From positions 1 through 40,885 of the forward strand of contig CAYFUK010000001.1 in assembly GCA_964346325.1 (NCBI GenBank): a DNA stretch of 40,885 bases, read 5' to 3'. The translations under genes were made by a program, and so were the position numbers. Source of the stretch: an uncultured Candidatus Peribacteria bacterium (GTDB taxonomy: Bacteria; Patescibacteriota; Gracilibacteria; UBA1369; PNNO01). The notes below the pieces were generated by a model. The model did no database searches, was not told where the DNA came from, and saw nothing but the letters and a program-made list of their open reading frames with translations. Numbering within the stretch: position 1 is the stretch's first letter; each line of letters opens with the position of its first letter. Below are positions 16,571 through 26,732 of this stretch, in pieces.

Positions 16571-17527
16571 ATGCAGTTTTCAAAAGGAGACAGAATCTCA
16601 ACATTAGACGCCTTTTCCGGGGCTATTGCAGCATTTGGAGGCCGCAATAAAAAAGCTGTTGTTCTTAATGCCGATACGGGCATTGATTCCAAAACAGGAA
16701 AATTTGAAAATTTGTACCCTGACAGGCATTTTAATTTTGGTAATGCCGAAGCCAATATGGTAAATACAGCCGCGGGTTTTGCCGCAAGAGGAAAAACTCC
16801 TTTTGCAGTCGGGCATGCGATTTTTGTAACCGGAAAGCCATGGGAGCATATCCGAAACAGCATTTGTCTTCCTAATCTGAATGTAAAATTGATAGGCACA
16901 CACGCGGGTCTTTTAACCGGCGAGGAAGGAGCTATTTTTCAGGCTATTGAAGATATTGCGATTATGCGCGCGATTCCGAATATGAAGGTTGTTTCGCCTG
17001 CTGACGCTGTTGAAACCTATTATGCAATTGATGAAATGATGAGGGATTTTGGACCCACTTATTTGCGACTCGGCCATCCGGATGTTCCTGTTCTTTATTC
17101 CGCGGAGCATCGGTTTAGAATCGGTTATGGTGATATTCTGAATTTTGGTGAAGATATAAGCCTGATTGCAACCGGAACAATGGTTCATATTGCAATGGAA
17201 GCAGCGGATCGTCTTGAAAAGGAAAAGTCAATAAGAGCAATGGTTGTTAATATGAGTTCAATAAAGCCGATTGATGAAAAGTTGGTTCTTGACTGTGCCA
17301 AAAAAACAAAAATGGTTTTTACACTTGAGGATCACGGGACAACAGGGGGCCTGGGTAGTGCTGTAAGTGACTTTTTAATTGAAAAATTTCCCGTAAAAGT
17401 TCATAAAATAGGTATGGAAAAGTTCGGAGAATCGGGTAAGCCCGCAGATTTATATAAAAAATACGCCCTAAACAGCCAAGGCGTATTTGAAACCGTTAAT
17501 TCATATCTTCGGGATCTGAAGTTATGA
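16571..17527 (+). CDS. tkt: transketolase, C-terminal (pyrimidine-binding plus C-terminal domain) subunit
   Basis: FGNAEANMVNTAAGFAARGKTPF, GTHAGLLTGEEGAIFQAIEDIAIMRAIPNM, IKPIDEK and TLEDHGTTGGLGSAV. Confidence 0.9.
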   Translation: MQFSKGDRISTLDAFSGAIAAFGGRNKKAVVLNADTGIDSKTGKFENLYPDRHFNFGNAEANMVNTAAGFAARGKTPFAVGHAIFVTGKPWEHIRNSICLPNLNVKLIGTHAGLLTGEEGAIFQAIEDIAIMRAIPNMKVVSPADAVETYYAIDEMMRDFGPTYLRLGHPDVPVLYSAEHRFRIGYGDILNFGEDISLIATGTMVHIAMEAADRLEKEKSIRAMVVNMSSIKPIDEKLVLDCAKKTKMVFTLEDHGTTGGLGSAVSDFLIEKFPVKVHKIGMEKFGESGKPADLYKKYALNSQGVFETVNSYLRDLKL

Positions 17528-17918
17528 TGTGCTCATAACCGTTGTTCAAACCGTGATCAGCAAGCAGTTTAACTCTTGTTGAATTGAATTGTTGAAGTTC
17601 ATTTTCAGCTTGTTCAAAAGTTTCTCCCTGTTTACTGAATTTAAAATCCGGATTTAAGACCTGCGAGGTTGATTCGCTTATTTCTTCCAGCAATCTGCCG
17701 GGATTTGATTCCCATTCGAGTGTTTTTTTGGTTGGTTCTTTGGATATATCAAATCTGTTTACATCTTCGATTATATTGGCGGGATTCATTGGATTTACAA
17801 GATCAACACCTGTTTCATGTGTCTTTTTAATAATCCATAATTCGCCTTTGTATGTAACGGTGTCGCCCCGCTTAATAATTTGAATTTTTTCCGGAGAATC
17901 GGTTTGTAAATTTTCCAT
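17496..17918 (-). CDS. hypothetical acidic protein (140 aa)
   Basis: ATG-initiated ORF convergent with the transketolase C subunit, overlapping it by 32 nt. No known motif. Confidence 0.55.
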   Translation of the reverse strand: MENLQTDSPEKIQIIKRGDTVTYKGELWIIKKTHETGVDLVNPMNPANIIEDVNRFDISKEPTKKTLEWESNPGRLLEEISESTSQVLNPDFKFSKQGETFEQAENELQQFNSTRVKLLADHGLNNGYEHIITSDPEDMN

Positions 17919-18027
17919 AAGTTTTAATTAAAGAGTAGTTCCGGCCATGTAATTTACAATACCTCCGTTAATCTGTCAATATCTTTTTAGGGATTATCAA
18001 TTAAACAATTCCCGATCAATCTCTATA

Positions 18028-18999
18028 ATGAAATCTGCTAACAACAGAATTATGCCCAATCATCCTTTAAAACTTTTTTCAGGAACATCTCACCCGAAAC
18101 TCGCAGCTGAGATTGCCAAAAACTTGAATGTAAAGCTCTGCGATATGCATATTTCGCGTTTTGCATGCGGCGAAATTTATTCAAAGCCCGGTTGCACGGT
18201 AAGGGGTTCGGATGTTTTTGTTGTTCAGACCGCAACACATAATGTTAATGAAGATTTGATGGAACTTTTTGTTATGCTGGATGCCTTTAAGAGGTCATTC
18301 GCAAACAAAATTCATGTAATTATGCCGCATTATCCGTATGCCCGGCAGGATCGCGTTGCAACTCCGCGCGAGCCGATTTCGGCAAAGCTTGTTGCCGATT
18401 TGATTTCGGCGGCAGGGGCCGATCATGTTATAACGATGGTTCTTCATTCGGATCAGGAGCAGGGATTTTTTGATTTTCCGGTGGACAATCTTTATACAAA
18501 AAAATTCTTTGCGGATTATTTTAAAAAGAAAAAATTAGAGAAGATGACAGTTGTATCGCCGGATGCCGGAGGTGCAAAAGATGCAAAAAAGTTTGCCGAT
18601 ACACTTGGCGCCGAACTTGCGATTATACACAAATCAAGGCCGAAAGCCAATAAGTCGGAGGTAATGCATCTGGTTGGTAATGTAAAAGGAAGAGCATGTA
18701 TTATTTTTGATGACATGATCGATACGGGAGGTTCGGTGGTGAATGCAGCCGAAGCTTTGCGTAAAGGCGGTGCGCATAAAGATATTTATCTTGCCGCCAC
18801 TCATCCGGTTTTTTCCGATCCGGCTCCAAAACGTTTGGCAAAAGCCGGATTTAAAGAAGTCGTAGTAACAAATTCAATACCCGTGCCCAAAGAAAAGCGG
18901 TTTAAAGGTCTTAAAGTTCTGTCAATCGCTCCTTTGTTGGCAAAAATTATCAATAATGTTCACGAAGCCAAATCGGTAACGTCTGTTTTTAAAAATTAA
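18028..18999 (+). CDS. prs: ribose-phosphate pyrophosphokinase
   Basis: LFSGTSHPKLAAEIA, RFACGEIY, VIMPHYPYARQDR, and the PRPP loop IIFDDMIDTGGS. ATG 18052 is an alternative start. Confidence 0.92.
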   Translation: MKSANNRIMPNHPLKLFSGTSHPKLAAEIAKNLNVKLCDMHISRFACGEIYSKPGCTVRGSDVFVVQTATHNVNEDLMELFVMLDAFKRSFANKIHVIMPHYPYARQDRVATPREPISAKLVADLISAAGADHVITMVLHSDQEQGFFDFPVDNLYTKKFFADYFKKKKLEKMTVVSPDAGGAKDAKKFADTLGAELAIIHKSRPKANKSEVMHLVGNVKGRACIIFDDMIDTGGSVVNAAEALRKGGAHKDIYLAATHPVFSDPAPKRLAKAGFKEVVVTNSIPVPKEKRFKGLKVLSIAPLLAKIINNVHEAKSVTSVFKN

Positions 19000-19010
19000 C
19001 ATCATTAACT

Positions 19011-19445
19011 ATGGATATTTATATCGGATCCGACCACGCTGGATACAATCTAAAACGGAAGATCAAGGATTATCTTGAAAAAAAAGATTATACGGTTATA
19101 GACCTTGGTTCTTTTAATGCTGATGAACCGGTTGATTATCCCGATATAGCACGTGAGGTTGCTGAAAAAATTCAGGAAAACCGGGATGCTTTAGGAATAA
19201 TGGTTTGCGGTACGGGCCAGGGTAGTGCAATGGCTTTAAACAGGCATAAAAGAGTTCGCGGTGCTGTTTGTCCTACGGTTAAACATGCTGAAATGGCGAG
19301 ACGCCACAATCACGCCAATGTTCTGAGCCTTGGAGAAAGAGTGACTGATGAAGATCTTGCATTTAAAATTGTCGATACCTTTTTGAATACCGAACCCGAC
19401 TCTGAAGAGCGGCATAAAAGGCGAGTTGAAAAATTTGATAAATAA
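19011..19445 (+). CDS. rpiB: ribose-5-phosphate isomerase B
   Basis: IYIGSDHAGYNLK, GIMVCGTGQGSAMALNRHKRVRGA and HNHANVLSLGERV. Confidence 0.9.
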   Translation: MDIYIGSDHAGYNLKRKIKDYLEKKDYTVIDLGSFNADEPVDYPDIAREVAEKIQENRDALGIMVCGTGQGSAMALNRHKRVRGAVCPTVKHAEMARRHNHANVLSLGERVTDEDLAFKIVDTFLNTEPDSEERHKRRVEKFDK

Positions 19446-19448
19446 TAT

Positions 19449-20096
19449 ATGGACATCAAAGTATCACCATCTATTCTTTCGGCTGATTTTGGCCGTTTAA
19501 ACGATGATATTAAAACCGTGGAGGAGCATGCGGATTATATTCATGTTGATGTAATGGACGGCCATTTTGTGCCGAATTTAACTTTTGGAGCGCCTGTTGT
19601 ACGCTGCATTAAATCAAAGCTTCCTTTGGATGTTCATTTGATGATTTCGAATCCCGGGGATTTTATTGAGGATTTTGCAGAAGCCGGTGCGAATGTATTA
19701 AGCGTACATTTTGAAGCGGCTGATGATCTTTACGGATTGCTGGCAAAAATAAAGGATAATGGGATGAGAGCCGGTGTTTCGATCAAGCCGGGTACCGATG
19801 TTAAAGTTTTGGAAGAATATCTTGAGGAACTTGATTGGGTTTTGGTTATGAGTGTTGAGCCCGGTTTTGGAGGTCAGGGGTTTATTCCGAATGTCCTTGA
19901 TAAAATAAAGTGGCTTCGTGAAAAAGCTCCGGAACTCGATATTGCCGTTGATGGCGGCATAAACCATGAAACAGGCAAAAAATGCACGCTTGCGGGAGCA
20001 AATATTTTAATAGCGGGTTCATATATTTTTAAAGCCCATGACAGAAGAGAAGCGATTGATCTGTTGAAATGGACGGAAGGTTACGACGGAGCTTAG
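19449..20096 (+). CDS. rpe: ribulose-phosphate 3-epimerase
   Basis: SPSILSADFGRLNDDI, IHVDVMDGHFVPNLTFG, MSVEPGFGGQGF and VDGGIN. Confidence 0.92.
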   Translation: MDIKVSPSILSADFGRLNDDIKTVEEHADYIHVDVMDGHFVPNLTFGAPVVRCIKSKLPLDVHLMISNPGDFIEDFAEAGANVLSVHFEAADDLYGLLAKIKDNGMRAGVSIKPGTDVKVLEEYLEELDWVLVMSVEPGFGGQGFIPNVLDKIKWLREKAPELDIAVDGGINHETGKKCTLAGANILIAGSYIFKAHDRREAIDLLKWTEGYDGA

Positions 20097-20156
20097 AGCC
20101 CTTATCTGCATAATCACTTGCTTAATATAGTTCCTTCTTATAAAATTCATGCTACT

Positions 20157-22238
20157 ATGAAAAGATCACTTTCCTTTCTAATTGCATTACTTCTGTTTTT
20201 TCCAAATCCCGCAGCGGCTCAGGAAGAAACACCGGCAAAAATACCCGTGCTCGAGTATCATAATTTCGGTGAAACGGACAGCCGCTGGACACGATCTTAC
20301 GAAAAATTCAGGCAGGACCTTGAATGGCTTTATAATAACGATTACAGGGCAATCACAATTGAGGGATTCATGAATCTTGATTTTGAAGGAATTGAAGACG
20401 GCATGAAGCCCGTGATCTTAACTTTTGATGATTCGAGCAAGAATCAGATGAAAGCGGTTGAAATTATGGATGAATTTTTAGAAGATCACCCTGATTTTGG
20501 CTCCGCGGCAACATTTTTTGTTTTACCTTTCGGATTTACGGATGAAGAAATTAAATATTTAATCGATTCGGGAAGACAAATTGAAAGTCATACATACGGT
20601 CATGAAAAACTCAATGAACTTACTCCCGATCAAATAGAATCAACCTTAACAAAAGCGGAAGAAGAACTGGGAATGGAGTTTGATTATTTGGCCTATCCCA
20701 ATGGTATTCCACCTGCAGAATCGAACATGGCCGCCCTTAAACCACATGTGAAGGCAGCTTTTTTAGTTGGTGCGGAACCTTCGTATCTTCCAAATCATGA
20801 AAAGTTTGATCCTTATAAAATTCCGCGAATCCAGACTATTGATGATGAATGGATAAGGCATTTTAATAGGCGGCCGGGAGAAACACAAAAATCCGAATCA
20901 TCAGAAAAATTCAGACTTTATCGGGTCGGTGATCCGGTTGAGCCCGTAAAAAAGTATCCCTATCAAAAATGCAAACCTTTTGATATGGAAAGGCCCTCTT
21001 TCGGTAAATTGGCATGGAAATGGCTTAAATATAAATCCGATAAAATTCGGATCAATAAAGTGCCGAATGGTCTGCATTACAAAAACGGCGGTTTTTACTA
21101 CACAATTACAGGAGAAGAAGAAGCCTCAATTGCAAGTGAGCTTTTTGATTATTCAAGACATTACAGAGTTTCCGATTTTAAAAAATCCATTGTTAATGCT
21201 AATCCGGAAGCCGGGTTCATACCCGAAGAAGAGATCTTAATACCCGACATACCGTTATTTTTGGTTAAACAAAAAATTGATGTTGATGATCCATGGGGAA
21301 TTTATTTTACCGCCTACACCGCAACATCAGATGAAGGTCCGCGTTTGGTTGAACAATTAAAGAAAAGCGGAGGTCGGCTTATAGTGTTTGATGTTAAAGA
21401 GATCGATGGCCATGTGTATTTTCCCACGTCAGCCAAACTTGCGCACGAAACAGGTGCACAGGACGCAATTTTATATCCCAATCTTGAAAATTATATAAGA
21501 TACTGGCATGAACAGGGGATTTATCTTGCTGCAAGAATTGTGATTTTTAAAGATATAAATATGGCTTCAAACAGGCCCGATCTTGCTATTCAGAGCAAAG
21601 CGGGCGGGCCGTGGTCCAATCGGGAGGGCGTTGTATGGCTTGATCCTTCAAATAAACAAACACAGGATTACATTTTAACTTTGGCAGAAGATCTTGCAAA
21701 AGCCGGAGTGGATGAAATCCAGTTTGATTATATAAGGTTTCCGACGCTGGGGCCGGTTAGCCGGGCTGATTATAATTTTGACGAGTCAAAAACGGAAAAA
21801 TACGAAGTGATACGAAACTTTATCGTGAGGGTTCATGATCGTTTAAAACCTTATGAATCAAAGCTTTCTCTGGATGTATACGGTGTTATAGTATGGAACA
21901 ATGAATATGATTCAATGTCAACGGGGCAGAAAATGGGTTGTCTGGCACCTTTCATTGATGTTGTTTATCCCATGGTTTACCCTTCTCATTTTGGTCCGGG
22001 TTTTGGCGGATATGCGAATCCGGGAGATCATCCGTATTTTTTTGTACAGGAAAGCATGAAATTGTTCGGAAAATATCTTGAAGGAACAGATACCGCAATA
22101 AGGCCGTGGCTTCAGGCTTTTGCATGGCGCGTTAATAATTACGGCCGGTGGTATATTGATGAGCAGGTTAAAGCCGCTTATGATGAAGGTGCGAAAGGGT
22201 ATGCTTTATGGAATGCCGGAAACAACTACTTTTATTAG
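20157..22238 (+). CDS. secreted two-domain protein: CE4 polysaccharide deacetylase plus glycoside-hydrolase-like TIM barrel (DUF4015-type), PgaB-like architecture
   Basis: Signal peptide MKRSLSFLIALLLFFPNPAAAQ starts at ATG 20157; the ORF-track start at 20118 is TTG. CE4 motifs are LTFDDSS and ESHTYGHE. The C-terminal half has VFDVKEIDG, WLDPSN and EIQFDYIRFP, typical of GH-like barrels. Confidence 0.8.
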   Translation: MKRSLSFLIALLLFFPNPAAAQEETPAKIPVLEYHNFGETDSRWTRSYEKFRQDLEWLYNNDYRAITIEGFMNLDFEGIEDGMKPVILTFDDSSKNQMKAVEIMDEFLEDHPDFGSAATFFVLPFGFTDEEIKYLIDSGRQIESHTYGHEKLNELTPDQIESTLTKAEEELGMEFDYLAYPNGIPPAESNMAALKPHVKAAFLVGAEPSYLPNHEKFDPYKIPRIQTIDDEWIRHFNRRPGETQKSESSEKFRLYRVGDPVEPVKKYPYQKCKPFDMERPSFGKLAWKWLKYKSDKIRINKVPNGLHYKNGGFYYTITGEEEASIASELFDYSRHYRVSDFKKSIVNANPEAGFIPEEEILIPDIPLFLVKQKIDVDDPWGIYFTAYTATSDEGPRLVEQLKKSGGRLIVFDVKEIDGHVYFPTSAKLAHETGAQDAILYPNLENYIRYWHEQGIYLAARIVIFKDINMASNRPDLAIQSKAGGPWSNREGVVWLDPSNKQTQDYILTLAEDLAKAGVDEIQFDYIRFPTLGPVSRADYNFDESKTEKYEVIRNFIVRVHDRLKPYESKLSLDVYGVIVWNNEYDSMSTGQKMGCLAPFIDVVYPMVYPSHFGPGFGGYANPGDHPYFFVQESMKLFGKYLEGTDTAIRPWLQAFAWRVNNYGRWYIDEQVKAAYDEGAKGYALWNAGNNYFY

Positions 22239-22735
22239 TGTTTGTGAGTGTTTAAGTCATCCACCAGATTATTATGAGCTTGTTCAAAAGCTTGTTCGTT
22301 TCTTTTGATTACTTCTTTAAATGAATCGATTGACTGCTGGGTGAATTCTTTTTGTTCAAAATATGTAATGCTTTTAAGGAACGTATTTGTAATATTATCC
22401 AGAGCATGCATGTATTCGTTTAAAATACTCTCATTAATATAAGATAATCTTTCTTTTCGATCTATAATTTTATCAACAATATTTTTGAGTTCGTTGATAT
22501 TACTTTTTTCGGATAATGTAAAATAAATATCTTTGGCTTTGGTTGTTGCCAGGGCGATGTTATGGGTTTGTTCAACTATTTGATTATGGATATGAGCTTG
22601 TTTGTTTGTTGACGATTCTATTGCGGAAATATTGGTTTGTCCCAACTGAAGATCAAAAACACCAAAAACAACCAAAGTTCCCGTTATTACAATTACAACT
22701 GTGGCTATTAATGAATAAAAAAGGAACTTTTTCAT
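22235..22735 (-). CDS. membrane-anchored hypothetical protein (166 aa)
   Basis: N-terminal TM FLFYSLIATVVIVITGTLVVFGVF followed by a helical ectodomain. Convergent with the previous gene, sharing 4 nt. Confidence 0.6.
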   Translation of the reverse strand: MKKFLFYSLIATVVIVITGTLVVFGVFDLQLGQTNISAIESSTNKQAHIHNQIVEQTHNIALATTKAKDIYFTLSEKSNINELKNIVDKIIDRKERLSYINESILNEYMHALDNITNTFLKSITYFEQKEFTQQSIDSFKEVIKRNEQAFEQAHNNLVDDLNTHKH

Positions 22736-22854
22736 TGTTGATTTGGTTTATTTATTTAAATTATGCTTGATTGTAAAACTTCTGCAATTAACTTGGCTTG
22801 ATATATTATATAAATCATTGCATATATAAGTTTTTCTGATAAAATAGGCAAGCT

Positions 22855-24834
22855 ATGCACAAAAAATTCAATCTACAATCGGAATTTAAACCTACGGGTG
22901 ACCAGCCCGAAGCAATAAATAAGCTTGTAAAGGGCATAAACCGGGATGAAAAACATCAGGTTCTGCTCGGCGCAACAGGCACGGGTAAAACTTTTGTTAT
23001 GGCTAATATTGTGCAAAAGGTTCAAAAACCCACTTTGGTAATCGCACATAATAAAACGCTTACCGCCCAGCTTTGCAGTGAGTTTCAGGAGTTCTTTCCC
23101 GATAATGCGGTTAGTTATTTTGTTTCTTATTATGATTATTATCAGCCCGAGGCATACATGCCTTCAACCGACACATATATTGAAAAAGATTCTTCAATCA
23201 ATGAGGAAATCGACAAATTCCGGCATCAGGCGACAAAAAATCTGCTTACCCGAAACGATGTTTTGATTGTAGCTTCGGTTAGCTGTATTTACGGGTTGGG
23301 ATCGGTTGAGGAATACGGGAATGTTTCTGTTGAAGTTGAAAAAGGAGGAAATTACAAAAGAGACAAATTACTGCGTCATTTAACCGACATTCAATATACA
23401 AGATCACAATTGGAATTTCGCCGCGGAATGTTTCATGTTCTCGGAGACACGATAGAAGTTTATCCACCATCGGGAGACACAATATATCGCCTTGAGTTTT
23501 TTGGTGACGAGCTTGAAAGAATAACCGAGGCCGATGCATTTACGGGTGAAGAACTCGAGGAACTCGAAAGTATAAAAATATTCCCCGCAAAACATGATGT
23601 AACAACTGAAGAGCGTATTAAAAAAGCGGTTGATAGGATTCAGGTCGATCTTAAGGAACGATATGATCAGCTTAAAAAAATGGGCAAAATAGTGGAAGCC
23701 GAGCGTATAAAAACACGAACGGAATATGATATTGAGATGATGCTTGAAACCGGTTATTGCAGCGGGATAGAGAATTATACACGTTATCTGAATCTGCGCG
23801 AACCCGGTGAACAGCCCGTAACTTTAATTGATTACTTTCCCGATGATTTTTTAATAATTATTGATGAATCACACATGACGGTTCCGCAAATAGGAGCCAT
23901 GCACAACGGTAATTTATCGCGTAAACAAACTTTGATAGAGCACGGATTCAGAATGCCTTCGGCTTTGGATAATCGTCCTCTTAAATTTGAGGAGTTTGAG
24001 GGGCATGTAAAACAGGCGGTTTATGTATCGGCCACTCCCGGCAAGTATGAACTTGGTAAAACAAATAGGAAGGTTGTCGAACAGATAATAAGGCCAACCG
24101 GTCTGCTTGATCCTGAAGTTGAGGTCCGCTCCACAAAAGGGCAAATTGAGGATCTTAAATCGGAAATTTTTAAACGCGTTAAAGCCGAAGAACGTGTTCT
24201 GGTTACAACTTTAACAAAGCGAAGCGCAGAGGAATTAACCGATTATCTTGGTGAACACGGTGTTAAAGTGCGATATTTGCATTCGGATATTGATACAATT
24301 GAAAGAATTGAGATTTTGCGCGATTTGAGATTGGGCAGGTTTGATGTTTTGGTTGGGATAAATTTGCTGCGTGAAGGCCTTGATTTGCCCGAAGTTTCGT
24401 TTATTGCGATTTTAGATGCGGATAAAGAAGGATTTTTACGTTCAGGCTCGGCTTTGATACAAACAATCGGCCGCTGTGCGCGAAATGTGAACGGATTTGT
24501 TGTTATGTACGCCGACAGAAAAACCGATTCAATGAAACACGCTATTAACGAGACCGAAAGACGCCGCGAAAAACAGCTCGCCCACAATAAAAAGCACGGT
24601 ATTACACCTGAAACGATCAAAAAAGCGATTAAAGATATAACTCAGCTTGGCGGTGCGGGTGCCGAACGTGAAGAAAAGAAGCTCGATACGTCAAAAGTAC
24701 CCAAAGATGAAGCCAAACATTTACTCAGGACTCTCGAAGACCAAATGGACCTTGCCGCACAAAATCTGGAATTTGAAAAAGCGGCCGAACTTCGCGACCA
24801 GGTGGAAATGTTGAGAGAAGAGTTTGGTATGTAG
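22855..24834 (+). CDS. uvrB: excinuclease ABC subunit B
   Basis: Walker [24 protein letters not shown], a helicase C-terminal domain, and the UVR domain [13 protein letters not shown]. Confidence 0.97.
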   Translation: MHKKFNLQSEFKPTGDQPEAINKLVKGINRDEKHQVLLGATGTGKTFVMANIVQKVQKPTLVIAHNKTLTAQLCSEFQEFFPDNAVSYFVSYYDYYQPEAYMPSTDTYIEKDSSINEEIDKFRHQATKNLLTRNDVLIVASVSCIYGLGSVEEYGNVSVEVEKGGNYKRDKLLRHLTDIQYTRSQLEFRRGMFHVLGDTIEVYPPSGDTIYRLEFFGDELERITEADAFTGEELEELESIKIFPAKHDVTTEERIKKAVDRIQVDLKERYDQLKKMGKIVEAERIKTRTEYDIEMMLETGYCSGIENYTRYLNLREPGEQPVTLIDYFPDDFLIIIDESHMTVPQIGAMHNGNLSRKQTLIEHGFRMPSALDNRPLKFEEFEGHVKQAVYVSATPGKYELGKTNRKVVEQIIRPTGLLDPEVEVRSTKGQIEDLKSEIFKRVKAEERVLVTTLTKRSAEELTDYLGEHGVKVRYLHSDIDTIERIEILRDLRLGRFDVLVGINLLREGLDLPEVSFIAILDADKEGFLRSGSALIQTIGRCARNVNGFVVMYADRKTDSMKHAINETERRREKQLAHNKKHGITPETIKKAIKDITQLGGAGAEREEKKLDTSKVPKDEAKHLLRTLEDQMDLAAQNLEFEKAAELRDQVEMLREEFGM

Positions 24835-24916
24835 TCGGCATAAATCTTGCAATTCAGTCAAAATTCTTGACAATGACGCAACTAAATGCCACAATACCTT
24901 CCTTTAATCATTCGGT

Positions 24917-25591
24917 ATGTCTGAGTGGAATGAAGAAACCGTGGAATCAAAAAATAAGTTGCCAATTCATGAAGTCGCGGAATTAAATGACTCTGAAAGG
25001 AATGAGCTGATTTTGCAGAAAACCGCAACCATGATAAAGGAATTGATTTGGTTTGTTTTGAATGATATTGAAAAATTTCCCGAAACGCAGCAAAAAGTAT
25101 CACGCATTAACCGGCTTTTGATTGAAATAGGCATGCATTATTCCAATTCGCAGAAATTTGATTTTACTTTGCATGAAAAAGATTTTTTTGAAAAACTCCG
25201 GGCGCTAAATACAACAAATCACGCCGAGCTTATCGGTCTGGTTTTACCTTTGTATTTATCGGTTAAAGCAAGAACTGCTAAAGAACTTGAAGTTTTTCCC
25301 GTTAAAGTACAAATTACGATTTTTCTAAAATCAGCCCGGGAACAGTTAAAGGATTTTATCGAAAATCCCGATCATGAAAAGCTGTTGGAATTGGGTATTA
25401 CATTTAAAAAAACAGATCTTATTTTATCGAAAGGGGATTATGAAAACATAGAAGAGTTAATATCTGATATGCATGCGTATTTAAGACAGAATTTTTTAAG
25501 TAAACCCGATTCTTTTAATATTACAAAAGCCGGTAAATTACTTGAAAGGATTAAAGTTATTTTAGCCAATTACGGTTTTGAGGTGCAATAA
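24917..25591 (+). CDS. hypothetical protein (224 aa)
   Basis: Long ATG ORF with a composition consistent with the neighbouring genes. No recognisable motif. Confidence 0.6.
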   Translation: MSEWNEETVESKNKLPIHEVAELNDSERNELILQKTATMIKELIWFVLNDIEKFPETQQKVSRINRLLIEIGMHYSNSQKFDFTLHEKDFFEKLRALNTTNHAELIGLVLPLYLSVKARTAKELEVFPVKVQITIFLKSAREQLKDFIENPDHEKLLELGITFKKTDLILSKGDYENIEELISDMHAYLRQNFLSKPDSFNITKAGKLLERIKVILANYGFEVQ

Positions 25592-25602
25592 TTGTCAGAA
25601 TA

Positions 25603-25611
25603 TGTTATAAT
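25603..25611 (+). promoter_or_regulatory. TG-extended -10 box placing the transcription start at the ATG of the next gene (leaderless candidate)
   Basis: TGTTATAAT at 25603-25611. The last T is 7 nt before A of ATG 25618. The box sits inside the 8-bp inverted repeat CAGAATAT/ATATTCTG (25596-25617). Confidence 0.35.
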
Positions 25612-25617
25612 ATTCTG

Positions 25618-26715
25618 ATGAATAATTTAAATAAAAAACCCAAACAAAATTTATATTTGCCCAGTTTTGAGCCGAAAGAAGCTGACCTTGAACTTACCGC
25701 AAAGGAAAGATCCGTGGACAGACTTGTAAGGCTTACTTTGGATAATGTTTCAAATGAAGCAAATGCAGTGCTTGATTTTACGAATATGGTTTCGGAAGAG
25801 GAAAAGTGGCGTGAACTTAAATATTTAAAGCATGAGTTTGAAGTGCTTGAAGAAACAATTACAAAAGTTATGCAAACAAGTATTAAAGAAAAATCGGAAA
25901 AGGAAGCAATTGAATCCGGAATTGAGAATTTATTGAATTATACGAATATTCTTGAAGTCGAACTTAACGGCAGCGAGGCAATTAAATCTCTGGGCAGAGA
26001 GAATGTGTATATTCTTAATGCGTTACTTGATAAGCTTAAAGCGCGCATAGATGAACTGGTAAATATTGCCCGTAATAATCCCGATAAAATTTATGATTCC
26101 ATTGATGAATTTACAGATTATAAAAATAAATTTTTTGAAAAGCTTTATAACGGTTTTATAACTGAAGATACTTCATCGGAGCCGGTACAGGTTCAAATTT
26201 TTAATAATTTAACAAAAGCAATGTGGATTCCGCCTTATCCTCTTGCGGATATTGTTTCATTATACCAAGAATATCAGGACAGAAAACCGGATGAAGATTA
26301 TTCGCAAATAATGAAAGAAAGATTTAAAAATTTTGTTGAGCCCAAAATGGAAGAGCTTACAAAGCAAATCGAAAAAGAAAAAGAACGAGCATTAAAATTA
26401 AAGCGTGATTTTGAATCCAAAGTTAATCCCGAATTTCAGGAATTACTAAGAAGATACGCTGATTATTGGCTTTCCATGACACCCGCAAAATTATATGAAT
26501 ATATTATTAAACGCAGAGCGGTTGAAAATTTTGCCGAAGACCGCGTTAATCTGAATCAATTGGAAAAACTGTATAAAGCCCGGGCAGATATGCTTTATGA
26601 AAAACCAATGACCGGCGAACAAACGGCAAAGGAATTTGAGAACTACGACGAGGAACTCGAAATTCCGCAGGGCGAAAAAGATGTTCCTTCTTACGAAGAA
26701 TACAAAACCGAATAA
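25618..26715 (+). CDS. hypothetical acidic helical protein (365 aa)
   Basis: Long ATG ORF, Glu/Lys-rich. No recognisable motif. Confidence 0.65.
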   Translation: MNNLNKKPKQNLYLPSFEPKEADLELTAKERSVDRLVRLTLDNVSNEANAVLDFTNMVSEEEKWRELKYLKHEFEVLEETITKVMQTSIKEKSEKEAIESGIENLLNYTNILEVELNGSEAIKSLGRENVYILNALLDKLKARIDELVNIARNNPDKIYDSIDEFTDYKNKFFEKLYNGFITEDTSSEPVQVQIFNNLTKAMWIPPYPLADIVSLYQEYQDRKPDEDYSQIMKERFKNFVEPKMEELTKQIEKEKERALKLKRDFESKVNPEFQELLRRYADYWLSMTPAKLYEYIIKRRAVENFAEDRVNLNQLEKLYKARADMLYEKPMTGEQTAKEFENYDEELEIPQGEKDVPSYEEYKTE

Positions 26716-26732
26716 TTCAGGCATCGATAATT

